From Sedimentisphaerales bacterium (GTDB lineage Bacteria; Planctomycetota; Phycisphaerae; Sedimentisphaerales; SM23-30), in NCBI GenBank assembly GCA_963666285.1, contig OY762711.1: a DNA stretch of 64,000 nucleotides; one strand, written 5' to 3'. The notes under the pieces were generated by a model. It searched no databases, was not told the origin of the DNA, and saw only the letters and a program-made list of their open reading frames with translations. Shown piece after piece: positions 49,013 to 58,784 of the stretch (positions are counted from its first letter, which is position 1; each line of letters begins with the position of its first letter). Position numbers and translations under genes: made by a program.

Positions 49013-52000
49013 TTAGCGATCCTCTTCTTCATCTTCGTATTCTTCTTCGTCCTCATCCTCATCGAGGTAAGTTACCGCATCAATGAATTCCTCATCATCT
49101 TCATCATCTTCTTCTTCATATTCCTCTTCCTCGTCGTATTCCTCGTCTTCTTCTACATATTCATATTCTTCTTCGTCCTCATCTTCATCTTCTTCGTATT
49201 CGATCTCGTCTTCTGGCTCTTCTTCTATTTCGTCTTCTATTTCTTCATATTCTACTTCATCGACAGGATCGGGTTCCGGTTCCTCTTCTTCTATTTCGTC
49301 AGTACTCGCAGTACACTGATTATCGACTTCTACTCCTTCTCTTAGTTTCAGGCTTACAGCATTTGGCACTATCTGGCCATCAGTCGTTTTTGCGATATTA
49401 TCTGATCCTGGAACAGGCTTGGTCTCTTGAATCGGCGTATCTTCATCAAGCTCTATGGTAGGCTGGGTCGGATCGGTAATATGCTCAACCTTTATTTCCA
49501 GATCATCTGGTTTTTGCTGCATATCCTGATAACCGTTAATAGCATCTATTTCCATTTGACGTTTGATGGATTCATATTCTTGAAGAGTCATTAGCACTTC
49601 ACGAGCTTGTGAACCTTTATATTCTCCAACTAGTCCTGCCTCGGCCATCTGATCAATCAAACGACTGGCACGGCCATAACCGATAGAGAATTGTCTCTGT
49701 AGCAGAGATACACTTCCACGTTTGGTTTGCAGTATAATCTTTACTGCTTCATCAAACAATTCATCACGTTGCGAAGCATCACCTTGAAGTTTATTTAACT
49801 GCATCAGCTCGGCACTGTATGATGGCTGCGATACTTCTTTCAGATGTGTAGTTATCCTGTTTATCTCATCGTCACTTATATAAGCACCCTGGCAGCGTGT
49901 CAGATCACTTGTACCTGGCTTAAGGAATAGCATATCTCCCTGGCCAAGTAATGTCTCGGCACCGTTAGTGTCAAGTACAATTCGGCTGTCCATTTTTGCT
50001 GCCACGCGGAAACTGATACGGGCAGGCATATTACTCTTAATCAAGCCGGTAACTACCGTAGCCTGTGGTCTCTGGGTCGCCAGGATAAGATGAATGCCTA
50101 CAGCACGGCTCTTTTGTGCCAGTCTCACAATGTAGCTTTCAACTTCCTTGGCTGACGTCATCATTAAGTCGGCTAATTCGTCGATTATTACAACCAGATA
50201 CGGCAGTTTTGTTGGTGTTCGTACTTGCTGTTCTTCCGTTTCTGCTCCCATCCGTTCATATATTTCTTCTTCTGTCAGTTTATTAAAGCCGACAATATTT
50301 CTAACTTTTGCCTGGGCCAGTAATGAATATCTCTCATCCATCTTATTGGTTAGCCATTCAAGAATCTGTTCTGCGCGTTTCATCTCAGTCACAATAGGAC
50401 ACATGAGGTGAGCAAGGTTAGCAAAAGCGTTCATTTCAACCATTTTCGGGTCAACCAGTATTAGTTTGACCATATCAGGTCTTTGGGTAAGCAGGATACT
50501 TACAATGATTGAGTTAATACACACACTCTTACCGCTACCGGTTGTACCTGCAATTAAACAGTGTGGCATAGCGGCAAGATCTGTTACCAGTGGGGCTCCG
50601 GTAGCGTCTTTGCCTAAAAACAACGGTATTTGCATCTTGCCGGGTTTATCACCGGCCAGCTGCAATAGTTCTTTGATTCGGACAGTCTCTTTCTGACTGT
50701 TTGGCGCTTCAATACCGATTGTCTGTTTACCGGGAATCGGTGCTACTACTCGAATGGTAGGGGCGCCCAGTGCCCTTGCTATGTCATACTGCAGGCGTGA
50801 TATCTGCGAGACCTTTGTGCCTGGAGCCAGTTTAAGCTCGAACATTGTAATAACCGGACCGGTCTCTGTAGCTACTACTTCCGTTTCTACCCGGAACTCA
50901 CGTAATGAGGTTTCTAGTATTTTTGCTCGCTTTTTAACCGATTTTGCAAGTATCTCATCATAGCCATATACCGGCTCGTCAAGCAGTTCTGCTGGGGGAT
51001 ACTGATACTTGGAATAGTCCGCTGTTTCACCAGCACCGGCAAGAGAAGGGGTGCTGGCTTTCTGGCCAAGCATACGAGCCAGTGCTGATACTGTTGGCCC
51101 GGTAAATTCCTTCATCTGTTTCTGCCGTTCTTCGTGACCGGCTTTTTCCTCTGCTATTTGCTCCTCTACTGTTGGCTCAATAGCAGCTTCATCATCAGTA
51201 ATGTCATCATATTCATCTTCATATTCCAGTTCGTCGTCTTCATCCGCTTCTTCTTCATCCTCTTCGCTTTCGCCATCCTCTACGTCAACATATTCATATT
51301 CGTATTCATACTCTTCGTCATCTGCCAAATCATCATCAACCTCAGTTTCATCGGCAGGTATTTCTTCAAGTAGCTCTTCTGGTAATTCATCACTGTAGCC
51401 TTCAAATTCGTTTTTCTTTTTCTTTTTAGAATTTTTAGGTGGTTCTGCCACTGCGGCACTGCTTCCCTTGGATTGCTTGTATATTTCGTAATTACTTGAA
51501 GGTTTGGATTGTTTCTGTCCACGCGAAATGGCCTTTTTACCAATAGAACCTGCTGTAGCCAGGATTGGACCGGCAACCCGGGTTTGATCAACAATATATA
51601 ACAGGAGTTTGGGCAGCATTAGCACCAGGTTGTCAGCAGCTAGCAGTAAACCGACAATAAATGTGGCACCAACGATAAATACTGCGCCTCCCATAGCGGT
51701 ATACGTAAGTAAAAAATGACCTGCTGCAATACCCAGTATTCCTCCATTACCGCAGCTTAATGACATCTCATCGCCGGGATTATATAAATATTTGCCCGCA
51801 GATACGGCTAAACAGATTAGTAATATTCCAATCCAGCGGAGAAACAGCTGTTCGACCGGCTTTTTCATACTGTACATTACCAGGAGCACGCAGCTGCTGA
51901 TTAGCATAACTAAAAAGCCCGGGCCAAAATAATAATTAGCTTTGTATGCAAGCCAGGCACCAACTCTTCCACAGGGATTTTGCGGCTCTATCGAATTTGC

Positions 52001-52162
52001 CAGATAATAATCTGCCTGGTTGTGCAGTTGATATGTGGGGGCGACATCAGGATTTGGCCAATCATAGACACTATAGCCAAACAGACTGATTATTGTAAAA
52101 ATACAGATAACCAGCCCCAGAAAACTCAGTGCTATCCGGTTTATATAGCGTGTCTCCGACAT
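49013..52162 (-). CDS. ftsK: DNA translocase FtsK with acidic linker and long acidic C-terminal tail
   Basis: 4TM N-terminus; GPVIT.FE; PH.LIAGTTGSGKS; IIDELADLM; LATQRP; LLGQGDML; gamma domain SVSLLQR...GYGRASRLID. Confidence 0.95.
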   Translation of the reverse strand: MSETRYINRIALSFLGLVICIFTIISLFGYSVYDWPNPDVAPTYQLHNQADYYLANSIEPQNPCGRVGAWLAYKANYYFGPGFLVMLISSCVLLVMYSMKKPVEQLFLRWIGILLICLAVSAGKYLYNPGDEMSLSCGNGGILGIAAGHFLLTYTAMGGAVFIVGATFIVGLLLAADNLVLMLPKLLLYIVDQTRVAGPILATAGSIGKKAISRGQKQSKPSSNYEIYKQSKGSSAAVAEPPKNSKKKKKNEFEGYSDELPEELLEEIPADETEVDDDLADDEEYEYEYEYVDVEDGESEEDEEEADEDDELEYEDEYDDITDDEAAIEPTVEEQIAEEKAGHEERQKQMKEFTGPTVSALARMLGQKASTPSLAGAGETADYSKYQYPPAELLDEPVYGYDEILAKSVKKRAKILETSLREFRVETEVVATETGPVITMFELKLAPGTKVSQISRLQYDIARALGAPTIRVVAPIPGKQTIGIEAPNSQKETVRIKELLQLAGDKPGKMQIPLFLGKDATGAPLVTDLAAMPHCLIAGTTGSGKSVCINSIIVSILLTQRPDMVKLILVDPKMVEMNAFANLAHLMCPIVTEMKRAEQILEWLTNKMDERYSLLAQAKVRNIVGFNKLTEEEIYERMGAETEEQQVRTPTKLPYLVVIIDELADLMMTSAKEVESYIVRLAQKSRAVGIHLILATQRPQATVVTGLIKSNMPARISFRVAAKMDSRIVLDTNGAETLLGQGDMLFLKPGTSDLTRCQGAYISDDEINRITTHLKEVSQPSYSAELMQLNKLQGDASQRDELFDEAVKIILQTKRGSVSLLQRQFSIGYGRASRLIDQMAEAGLVGEYKGSQAREVLMTLQEYESIKRQMEIDAINGYQDMQQKPDDLEIKVEHITDPTQPTIELDEDTPIQETKPVPGSDNIAKTTDGQIVPNAVSLKLREGVEVDNQCTASTDEIEEEEPEPDPVDEVEYEEIEDEIEEEPEDEIEYEEDEDEDEEEYEYVEEDEEYDEEEEYEEEDDEDDEEFIDAVTYLDEDEDEEEYEDEEEDR

Positions 52163-52591
52163 ACTAGTAAATTACCTTTCGTAAGTGATTATTATAAAAA
52201 GCTTTACATTCTTGGTTAGCTGGACGGCAAAGCCGGTAGGCCCTGTTTGTTTCCAACTCTATTAAATATCGGAACTTATGGTGTTTTTTCTCCAGTTTTT
52301 CCAACTTTTTTAGCTGCTTTCTTTTTCATATTAAATCATTGCCGATTATTGATTTTGTGGTGACAAAATGGATATTGATATAGTGAAAAAACAATACTTT
52401 GACAACTTATCGGATTTAGTATTGCGGTTCTAAAAACTTGTATTGCTAATTTGATTTTGAAAAATATTTTGGCTCTAATTATTCCCTGTCTGCGGGTAAT
52501 ACTTATGAGTATATGAAATCATGATTATCGATTTTACCCGCTGTGCAGCCCAAGCACTTTTTATTGTCTTTTTAACCACAAAGGAAATTGT

Positions 52592-54829
52592 ATGAAAATC
52601 AAATTGTCTGGCATGTTATTTTTATTCATTGTAATGTTATCTGTAAATTCCTATGGTGCAATGTCTTCTGCTGATATTGATCTCAAGGTTAAGGTTTTAA
52701 TTGATAAAATGACCCTTGAGGAAAAAGTCGGCCAGATGACTCAACTAACCGTGGAAACTATGCAAAAGCAGGGAATGGATGAATTTACTGTCGATATAGA
52801 GAAAGTCAGGAAATTTGTAAAAGACAACCATGTCGGCTCTGTCTTGAATTGTGGCGGCCAGGCAAACCATATTGATACCTGGCTTAAGATGATAAATACT
52901 ATTCAGAATGTTGCCACCAAAGAAACCAGGTTAAAAATTCCTGTTCTTTACGGTGTTGATTCAATACACGGCGCAAATTACATTCTTGAAGGCACTTTAT
53001 TTCCCCAGGCGATTGCCATGGGGGCGACAGGTGAACCTTCTCTTGTAAAACGTGGTGCAGAAATTACCGCTATGGAAACCCGTGCTATTGGTATTCCATG
53101 GAATTTTAACCCTGTACTTGGGGTTGGTCGTCATCCTATGTGGTCACGCCTCTGGGAAACTTTTGGGGAAGATACTTATATAGTTAAAACTATGGGCCGG
53201 GCATATATTGAGGGACTTCAAGGCGACGATATCTCTTCTGTCGATCGGGTTGCCGGCTGTATGAAGCATTATTTGGGCTACAGCATACCCAGGGGCGGGC
53301 GCGACCGAACTCCCGCCTGGATACCTGATCGAGAATTACGTGAAATCTTTGTCCCTCCTTTCCAGGCCGCTGTTGATGCCGGTGTTGTTACCGTTATGGT
53401 AAATTCAAGCGAAATAAATGGTAGCCCGGTTCATGCCAGTCCATATTATCTTAAAATGTTGTTACGCGATGAACTCGGTTTTGAAGGCCTGGTTGTTACC
53501 GATTGGGAAGATATCAATAATCTATACACTCGCGAAATGGTAGCTCCGGACCAGCGAACTGCTGTGAAAATGGCAGTTATGGCAGGCGTAGATATGAGTA
53601 TGGTGCCTTACGATGTGAGCTTCTACAATCATCTTATAGACCTGGTAAAAACTGGTGAAGTACCTGTGTCCAGGATTTATGAGGCTGTAAGTAGTATTCT
53701 ATACGTCAAATACAAACTAGGTTTGTTTGAAAATGCCTATCCGCCAAAAGGACAGGCGCAAAAGATTGGTTCTGACAGCAGTTGGAATGATAGCTACAAG
53801 GCTGCTCAGAAGGCTATGACGTTGTTAAAAAATGATGATAATGTTTTACCGCTTTCAAAAAAAACAAAAGTTCTTGTTGTTGGACCTACTGCAAACTTAC
53901 TGAAGGTTTTGAATGGCGGTTGGACTTATGTCTGGCAGGGAGACAGGGAGGATCTTTATCCGAAAGACAAAAAGACCATCCTTGAAGCATTAACTGACAA
54001 AATAGGATCTTCAAATGTTACCTATGTCGAGGGTGTTAGCTATGATAAGTATATAAACCTGGAGGATGCTGTCAAAGCTTCAGCTAATTGCGATGTAATA
54101 ATTGCGTGTCTGGGAGAAATGACATATTGTGAAGGTATGGGCAATATTTTTGACCTGACCCTGCCTGAACCGCAATTGAATCTGGTGCAAACTCTCGCTA
54201 AAACGGGTAAGCCTGTTGTTCTTGTTCTTGCCGAAGGACGCCCGCGTGTTATTCGAGAAATTGAACCTCTAGCTAAAGGTATTCTTATGGCGTATCTGCC
54301 TGGCCTGGAAGGTGGCCCGGCCATAGCAGATGTTCTGTTTGGTGACTATAATCCGGGTGGTAGGCTGCCGTATACCTATCCAAAGTATGCCGGCGGCTTT
54401 GAATGGTATGATTTCAAAAAGAGTTCCTTTCCTGACGGTAAACAATCTCAGGCCCAATGGATCTTTGGGCATGGTTTGTCATACACCAGCTTTGAATATT
54501 CAAACTTGAAGCTTTCGGCTGATAAAATGGCTCTGGATTCGCTTGATAAAATTTTTGTATCTGTTGATGTGAAAAATTCAGGTAAAATCGCTGGTGATGA
54601 AATTGTTCAGCTCTACCTCTCAGATGTAGTAGCGTCAATTACACCGCCAAATAAACGTCTGAAAGGTTTTCAGCGTATTTCGCTTCAGCCGGGCCAGACC
54701 GGGACAGTTAAATTTGTGCTCGAACGTGCAGAATTTTCATTTATTGATCATGAAAGCCGACCTGCAATTGAAAAAGGTAAGTTCATTGTAAAGATTGGAG
54801 ATTTACAAAAAGATTTCTGGCTTGAATAA
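52592..54829 (+). CDS. Secreted GH3 beta-glucosidase-like enzyme (BglX type)
   Basis: MTLEEKVGQM, DSIHG, R.WETFGED, KHY, VVTDW, LLKN, FGHGLSYTSFEY, LKGFQRI. Confidence 0.92.
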   Translation: MKIKLSGMLFLFIVMLSVNSYGAMSSADIDLKVKVLIDKMTLEEKVGQMTQLTVETMQKQGMDEFTVDIEKVRKFVKDNHVGSVLNCGGQANHIDTWLKMINTIQNVATKETRLKIPVLYGVDSIHGANYILEGTLFPQAIAMGATGEPSLVKRGAEITAMETRAIGIPWNFNPVLGVGRHPMWSRLWETFGEDTYIVKTMGRAYIEGLQGDDISSVDRVAGCMKHYLGYSIPRGGRDRTPAWIPDRELREIFVPPFQAAVDAGVVTVMVNSSEINGSPVHASPYYLKMLLRDELGFEGLVVTDWEDINNLYTREMVAPDQRTAVKMAVMAGVDMSMVPYDVSFYNHLIDLVKTGEVPVSRIYEAVSSILYVKYKLGLFENAYPPKGQAQKIGSDSSWNDSYKAAQKAMTLLKNDDNVLPLSKKTKVLVVGPTANLLKVLNGGWTYVWQGDREDLYPKDKKTILEALTDKIGSSNVTYVEGVSYDKYINLEDAVKASANCDVIIACLGEMTYCEGMGNIFDLTLPEPQLNLVQTLAKTGKPVVLVLAEGRPRVIREIEPLAKGILMAYLPGLEGGPAIADVLFGDYNPGGRLPYTYPKYAGGFEWYDFKKSSFPDGKQSQAQWIFGHGLSYTSFEYSNLKLSADKMALDSLDKIFVSVDVKNSGKIAGDEIVQLYLSDVVASITPPNKRLKGFQRISLQPGQTGTVKFVLERAEFSFIDHESRPAIEKGKFIVKIGDLQKDFWLE

Positions 54830-54863
54830 TATATTGCAGCTTGAAGAAAATATATTTCTGGGA

Positions 54864-54897
54864 AAGGGCGGATAGCACAAAGTCGTTATTCGCCTTT
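54864..54897. terminator. Probable terminator between convergent genes
   Basis: AAGGGCGGATAGC...GTTATTCGCCTTT imperfect stem. Confidence 0.55.
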
Positions 54898-54909
54898 ATC
54901 TTTGTTGGC

Positions 54910-55818
54910 TTAGTAATCCAGCGGTAGGAAGTAGGTGCCTGGTCCTAGGCCGTCTATGTATGGAACCGTTCCGTCTTGTGACAGAGATACTTTTATCTGA
55001 AATGTTTCTTTGGGGCTGTAAGATTTTACGCTTCCATTTATATATGCTGCATTCAGTGTTATTTCTGGCATTGTCTCTTGGGCATAGGTTTCATTGCTTG
55101 CCCAATATGAAGACAGAAGCCATGTCTCAGGCACCAGGGTTGAAGATTTGAATTTCTCACAGCTGCCGTATGTGCCGGGACTTCGCCAGTGATCGTAACC
55201 CATGTAGTCGCAGGCTAACAGCTTGCTGCGTTTACGGTTACCTGAAAGATTACCAGGGCCGTAGTACGGTCTTCCGTTGGCAACCTGGTACCCTGTATAA
55301 TTCCAGAAATAGCAAAAAGTACCGCCAAGCGGGTCTGTGTCCAATATGGTGTCAGGGTTATTCCAGCTGTCTCCGGCTTCCCAGGCTTCATCCAGATACT
55401 GGTAGGGAGGTTTAGGTGAATTTGCACAGTACATTGTACTGGCATCGGTAATATAATTGCCTAAATATTCACTTATCGCTCGGTGTTTGGCCGGACCATC
55501 CATATTATTACCAATCAACTTGGTCGGTTCTGCCCAGTTCCAGCTGCTACCATATCCTACTGTTGCGATTGAAGATGGGCATCGATCGTGGTTGTCGCCG
55601 CCATACATTGTTACCGATGTACTTATTGTGCGTTGATTGGCAATATTTATTACCGTTCGTGCTTTATATCTAACTTTTGAATAAACCGGGAGCAATATAC
55701 TTAGCAGCAAAGTAATGATAGCTATAGAAACCAGCAGCTCTACCAGTGTAAAACCTGAATATGTATTTCGGAAGAACTCGTTCTGGCATTTATTTTTGTT
55801 GTATTTATTACTGCCCAT
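54910..55818 (-). CDS. Prepilin-type N-terminal cleavage/methylation protein
   Basis: SGFTLVELLVSIAIITLLLSILLP; MYC..S; degenerate C-terminal N.AYINGSV. Confidence 0.85.
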   Translation of the reverse strand: MGSNKYNKNKCQNEFFRNTYSGFTLVELLVSIAIITLLLSILLPVYSKVRYKARTVINIANQRTISTSVTMYGGDNHDRCPSSIATVGYGSSWNWAEPTKLIGNNMDGPAKHRAISEYLGNYITDASTMYCANSPKPPYQYLDEAWEAGDSWNNPDTILDTDPLGGTFCYFWNYTGYQVANGRPYYGPGNLSGNRKRSKLLACDYMGYDHWRSPGTYGSCEKFKSSTLVPETWLLSSYWASNETYAQETMPEITLNAAYINGSVKSYSPKETFQIKVSLSQDGTVPYIDGLGPGTYFLPLDY

Positions 55819-55969
55819 AGGTTATATCATGCAGACTGCCATACTTCAGTCAGAGAAATTATTCAGAAATTTCAACAAAAATGATCAAATATATTCATTT
55901 TAATTATATATCAATAAATGCCAGATATACAATATTATTTTTTATAAAAACATGAAGTGCGAATTGTTA

Positions 55970-58780
55970 TTAGTTTATATCATCTTTATCTGTGTTCCAG
56001 GGTAATTGTCCTAGCCAGGATTCAGATATTTGAATTAAATCTTCAATATCAATTATATGATCTATTAGTATTCCATCATTATTTACCGTTTGGTTAGTCA
56101 TCCACAGTTTTGAAATAATGCTGAAATCAGATATGTCAACTAGTCCGCTATGGTCAAAATCTCCTAATAAGCTCCAAGGGTTTCTGCTTGCAAAAATTGT
56201 CCCGCCATGAGCGCCGATATTAATACGTCCGCCATTTGGCATACTCTCTCTGACAGGATTAATATATGGGTCACCTGCATCTACACAAGGACTGGACATA
56301 TTGTCATTAATCCACAATTTCGAGAAGTCACTCACATCATTAGGGTCATCAAATCCGCTGAAATGTCCATATTTGCTTGGCAGGGTATAATCATTTGATT
56401 CTATACTGGCATCAGTATATAACGGTGAATCGTAAATATTATCCTTCAGGTTAACTGTATCCCCAGTTGTCGGAATCTGTATTCTATCCTGGTCGAATCG
56501 ACTATATCTTATGTCACAGCCAGATGCTTTATCACAAAATATATCTACGTTGTTGTCCCAGAAAATAGTGTTACTAATATAAGGTATTGAATCTCCCTGG
56601 ATTACAAGACCATTTTGGTTATTAACAACAGTAAGGTTTGCTAAAGTTGGACTTGTATGTGTGCAATATATCGCATAGGTACAATTCTTTATTATCAGGT
56701 TTCTTACTGATGTGTCTTGTTCTTCAGCATTAAAAAATGCAAGGCCGAAACTGCTGTCAGGTGTTATTATGGCTGGTTTTGCTGCACTTTGTATCAGGAG
56801 TTTTTTTCCAAGCGGGTTAATTGTTTCGCTATATTCACCTGGCCATATTAGTATCATATCGGTGTCATTTGCATATCTTATCGCCATAGCTATGGTTCGT
56901 AATGCATCTTCACAGCTTTCTCCGCCGTTGGTGTTTAATCCGTTTGTACCGTCAACATGATAAACTTTACATCTGTTGCTTTTACTTGCCTGCTTTGTCT
57001 GGCCGTAAGCACCTATATTGCTTCTCAGACCGTTTGGCCATGGTTCAAAGCCTGTAATTCTTGTAGGTTTACCTGCGTCAATACAAGGACTGTCAATCTG
57101 ATCATATGTCCATTCTTGATTGCTGGTATCGTATCTCCCTTCAGTTGAGAGTAAATGGTAGTCAGCTTCAGAGTCAGAGTCGCTTACAGCAAAACCTGGA
57201 GCTGTAGCAATATTATTGGTGCCGTCATATCCGTTTAATATATTGCAATATTCTACAATACCGCAGCTAATTTCATTATCAACTAATAGTTGTTTGTAAT
57301 CCTTGTTCCAGATAATTGAATTCTGTATCGAGTAGTTTGCACTGGATATCTGGATGATTCCACAAGCATTAGGGTCTTCTGTGTTTATACAGTAATTATC
57401 AGCTACAGTACAGTTTGCCATCAATATAATACAGTCATTGCTTTCTGTATTTTCGATAAATATTGCTCCGCCAGAAATAGCGGCATTATTGTATATCAGG
57501 CAATTTCTGATAACTGGTGCGTAACTATCTATCAAAGAGATTCCACCGCCTTTGATATTATCAGAAAGATTATTGTCGCATATTGTCGTGTTGTATATAT
57601 GAGGGCTGCTTTGATAACTATATATAGCTCCACCAAGACCTGATTTGCCGCACTTGTTGTTTCTGATTCTGCTGTCTGTAATTTCTCCACTGCAGTCAAG
57701 TAGCAATGCGATTCCGCCGCCAGCTGCCGAGATGATATTTTTATCTGATTGTTCGGCACTGCAATCCTCAATAATGCAGTTATATATTGTTGGCTTACCA
57801 CCAACGCAGCCTATTCCGCCGCCTGTTTGAGCTTCGCAATTAGAAATTATGCAATTTGAGATTGTTGGGCTGGAATACTCACAGAATATCCCGCCGCCGA
57901 TTGAATAGCTTTCCGAACTGTTCCATGTTTCTTTTAGGTCTGCTGTTTCACCTGAGGTCGTGTTACCGTTTATGATAGTAAAACCCTGGATTATTGTCTG
58001 TGCTGTTTCTCCATTATGAAAGTAAAATCCTCGCTGTAGCTGGTTGCCGGACTGTGTTTTGCAGACAATAATTGTTTCATCCGGGCCGGCTTCACTTCTT
58101 ATTGTTATCGCTTTACCCTTGGTGTCAAGGTTGCAATTACCTGTCCCGCTGTATTTACCCGGCATAACCTCTATCGTTTGGCCGTCTGTTGCATTATTAA
58201 TTGCATCTTGAATTGTTTCATAATGCTCAGGAACTATTATATCTGGTTCCAATACGTCAAAGTATATATACAAGTCGTCGAGGGCAGTTCCTTTGCCGAT
58301 AAATTGTACGTATATTTTGCCGGAAAAAGAAAAGAAGGGTATTTGGTTCTGACCTGCCGTTAATCTAACTGGGCTGCTCCAAATTTCTCCTGTTGGCGAA
58401 ACTCTGCACTTTAGTGAAGCTTTACTTTGGTTTGCAAAGGGAAAAATTGCCCGGCAGTTGATATATCCTTTTATGCTTTTATTGGTAACATTGGTCTCTT
58501 TTAACGGCAAACAATAACTGATATCAGCTTCAGTTTCATTGGAGTCCATAAATACGAGTGTTCGCTGGCCGTTTGTTATATAGCTGCTGTAGAATAAGTA
58601 TGGATGGGCAGGGGGATAGGCAGTCTCCGGCCACAGCATTGAATGACTTATGCTGTCATACATTGCCTGCTCAGTATCGAAACTGTCAGAATATTCGTAT
58701 GACCATGCTTTAGTGTTATGACAAATTGCTATAAATAATAGCAAGGTCAATATATATGTAATTCTCTTTTCCGCTCTCAT
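55970..58780 (-). CDS. Secreted right-handed parallel beta-helix protein (two modules) with C-terminal dockerin-like motif
   Basis: Signal peptide; IVPEHYETIQDAI..A; GGGI repeats; SPC(I/V)DAG.P...PNG.R.NIGA twice; GDFDHSGLVDISDF. Confidence 0.85.
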   Translation of the reverse strand: MRAEKRITYILTLLLFIAICHNTKAWSYEYSDSFDTEQAMYDSISHSMLWPETAYPPAHPYLFYSSYITNGQRTLVFMDSNETEADISYCLPLKETNVTNKSIKGYINCRAIFPFANQSKASLKCRVSPTGEIWSSPVRLTAGQNQIPFFSFSGKIYVQFIGKGTALDDLYIYFDVLEPDIIVPEHYETIQDAINNATDGQTIEVMPGKYSGTGNCNLDTKGKAITIRSEAGPDETIIVCKTQSGNQLQRGFYFHNGETAQTIIQGFTIINGNTTSGETADLKETWNSSESYSIGGGIFCEYSSPTISNCIISNCEAQTGGGIGCVGGKPTIYNCIIEDCSAEQSDKNIISAAGGGIALLLDCSGEITDSRIRNNKCGKSGLGGAIYSYQSSPHIYNTTICDNNLSDNIKGGGISLIDSYAPVIRNCLIYNNAAISGGAIFIENTESNDCIILMANCTVADNYCINTEDPNACGIIQISSANYSIQNSIIWNKDYKQLLVDNEISCGIVEYCNILNGYDGTNNIATAPGFAVSDSDSEADYHLLSTEGRYDTSNQEWTYDQIDSPCIDAGKPTRITGFEPWPNGLRSNIGAYGQTKQASKSNRCKVYHVDGTNGLNTNGGESCEDALRTIAMAIRYANDTDMILIWPGEYSETINPLGKKLLIQSAAKPAIITPDSSFGLAFFNAEEQDTSVRNLIIKNCTYAIYCTHTSPTLANLTVVNNQNGLVIQGDSIPYISNTIFWDNNVDIFCDKASGCDIRYSRFDQDRIQIPTTGDTVNLKDNIYDSPLYTDASIESNDYTLPSKYGHFSGFDDPNDVSDFSKLWINDNMSSPCVDAGDPYINPVRESMPNGGRINIGAHGGTIFASRNPWSLLGDFDHSGLVDISDFSIISKLWMTNQTVNNDGILIDHIIDIEDLIQISESWLGQLPWNTDKDDIN

Positions 58781-58784
58781 ATTG

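Noticed and set aside
48971..51398. Poly-Ser and Phe/Ile-rich plus-strand ORFs (48971, 49083, 51134, 51201)
   Set aside because: Antisense shadows of the GAA/GAT-rich acidic tracts of ftsK
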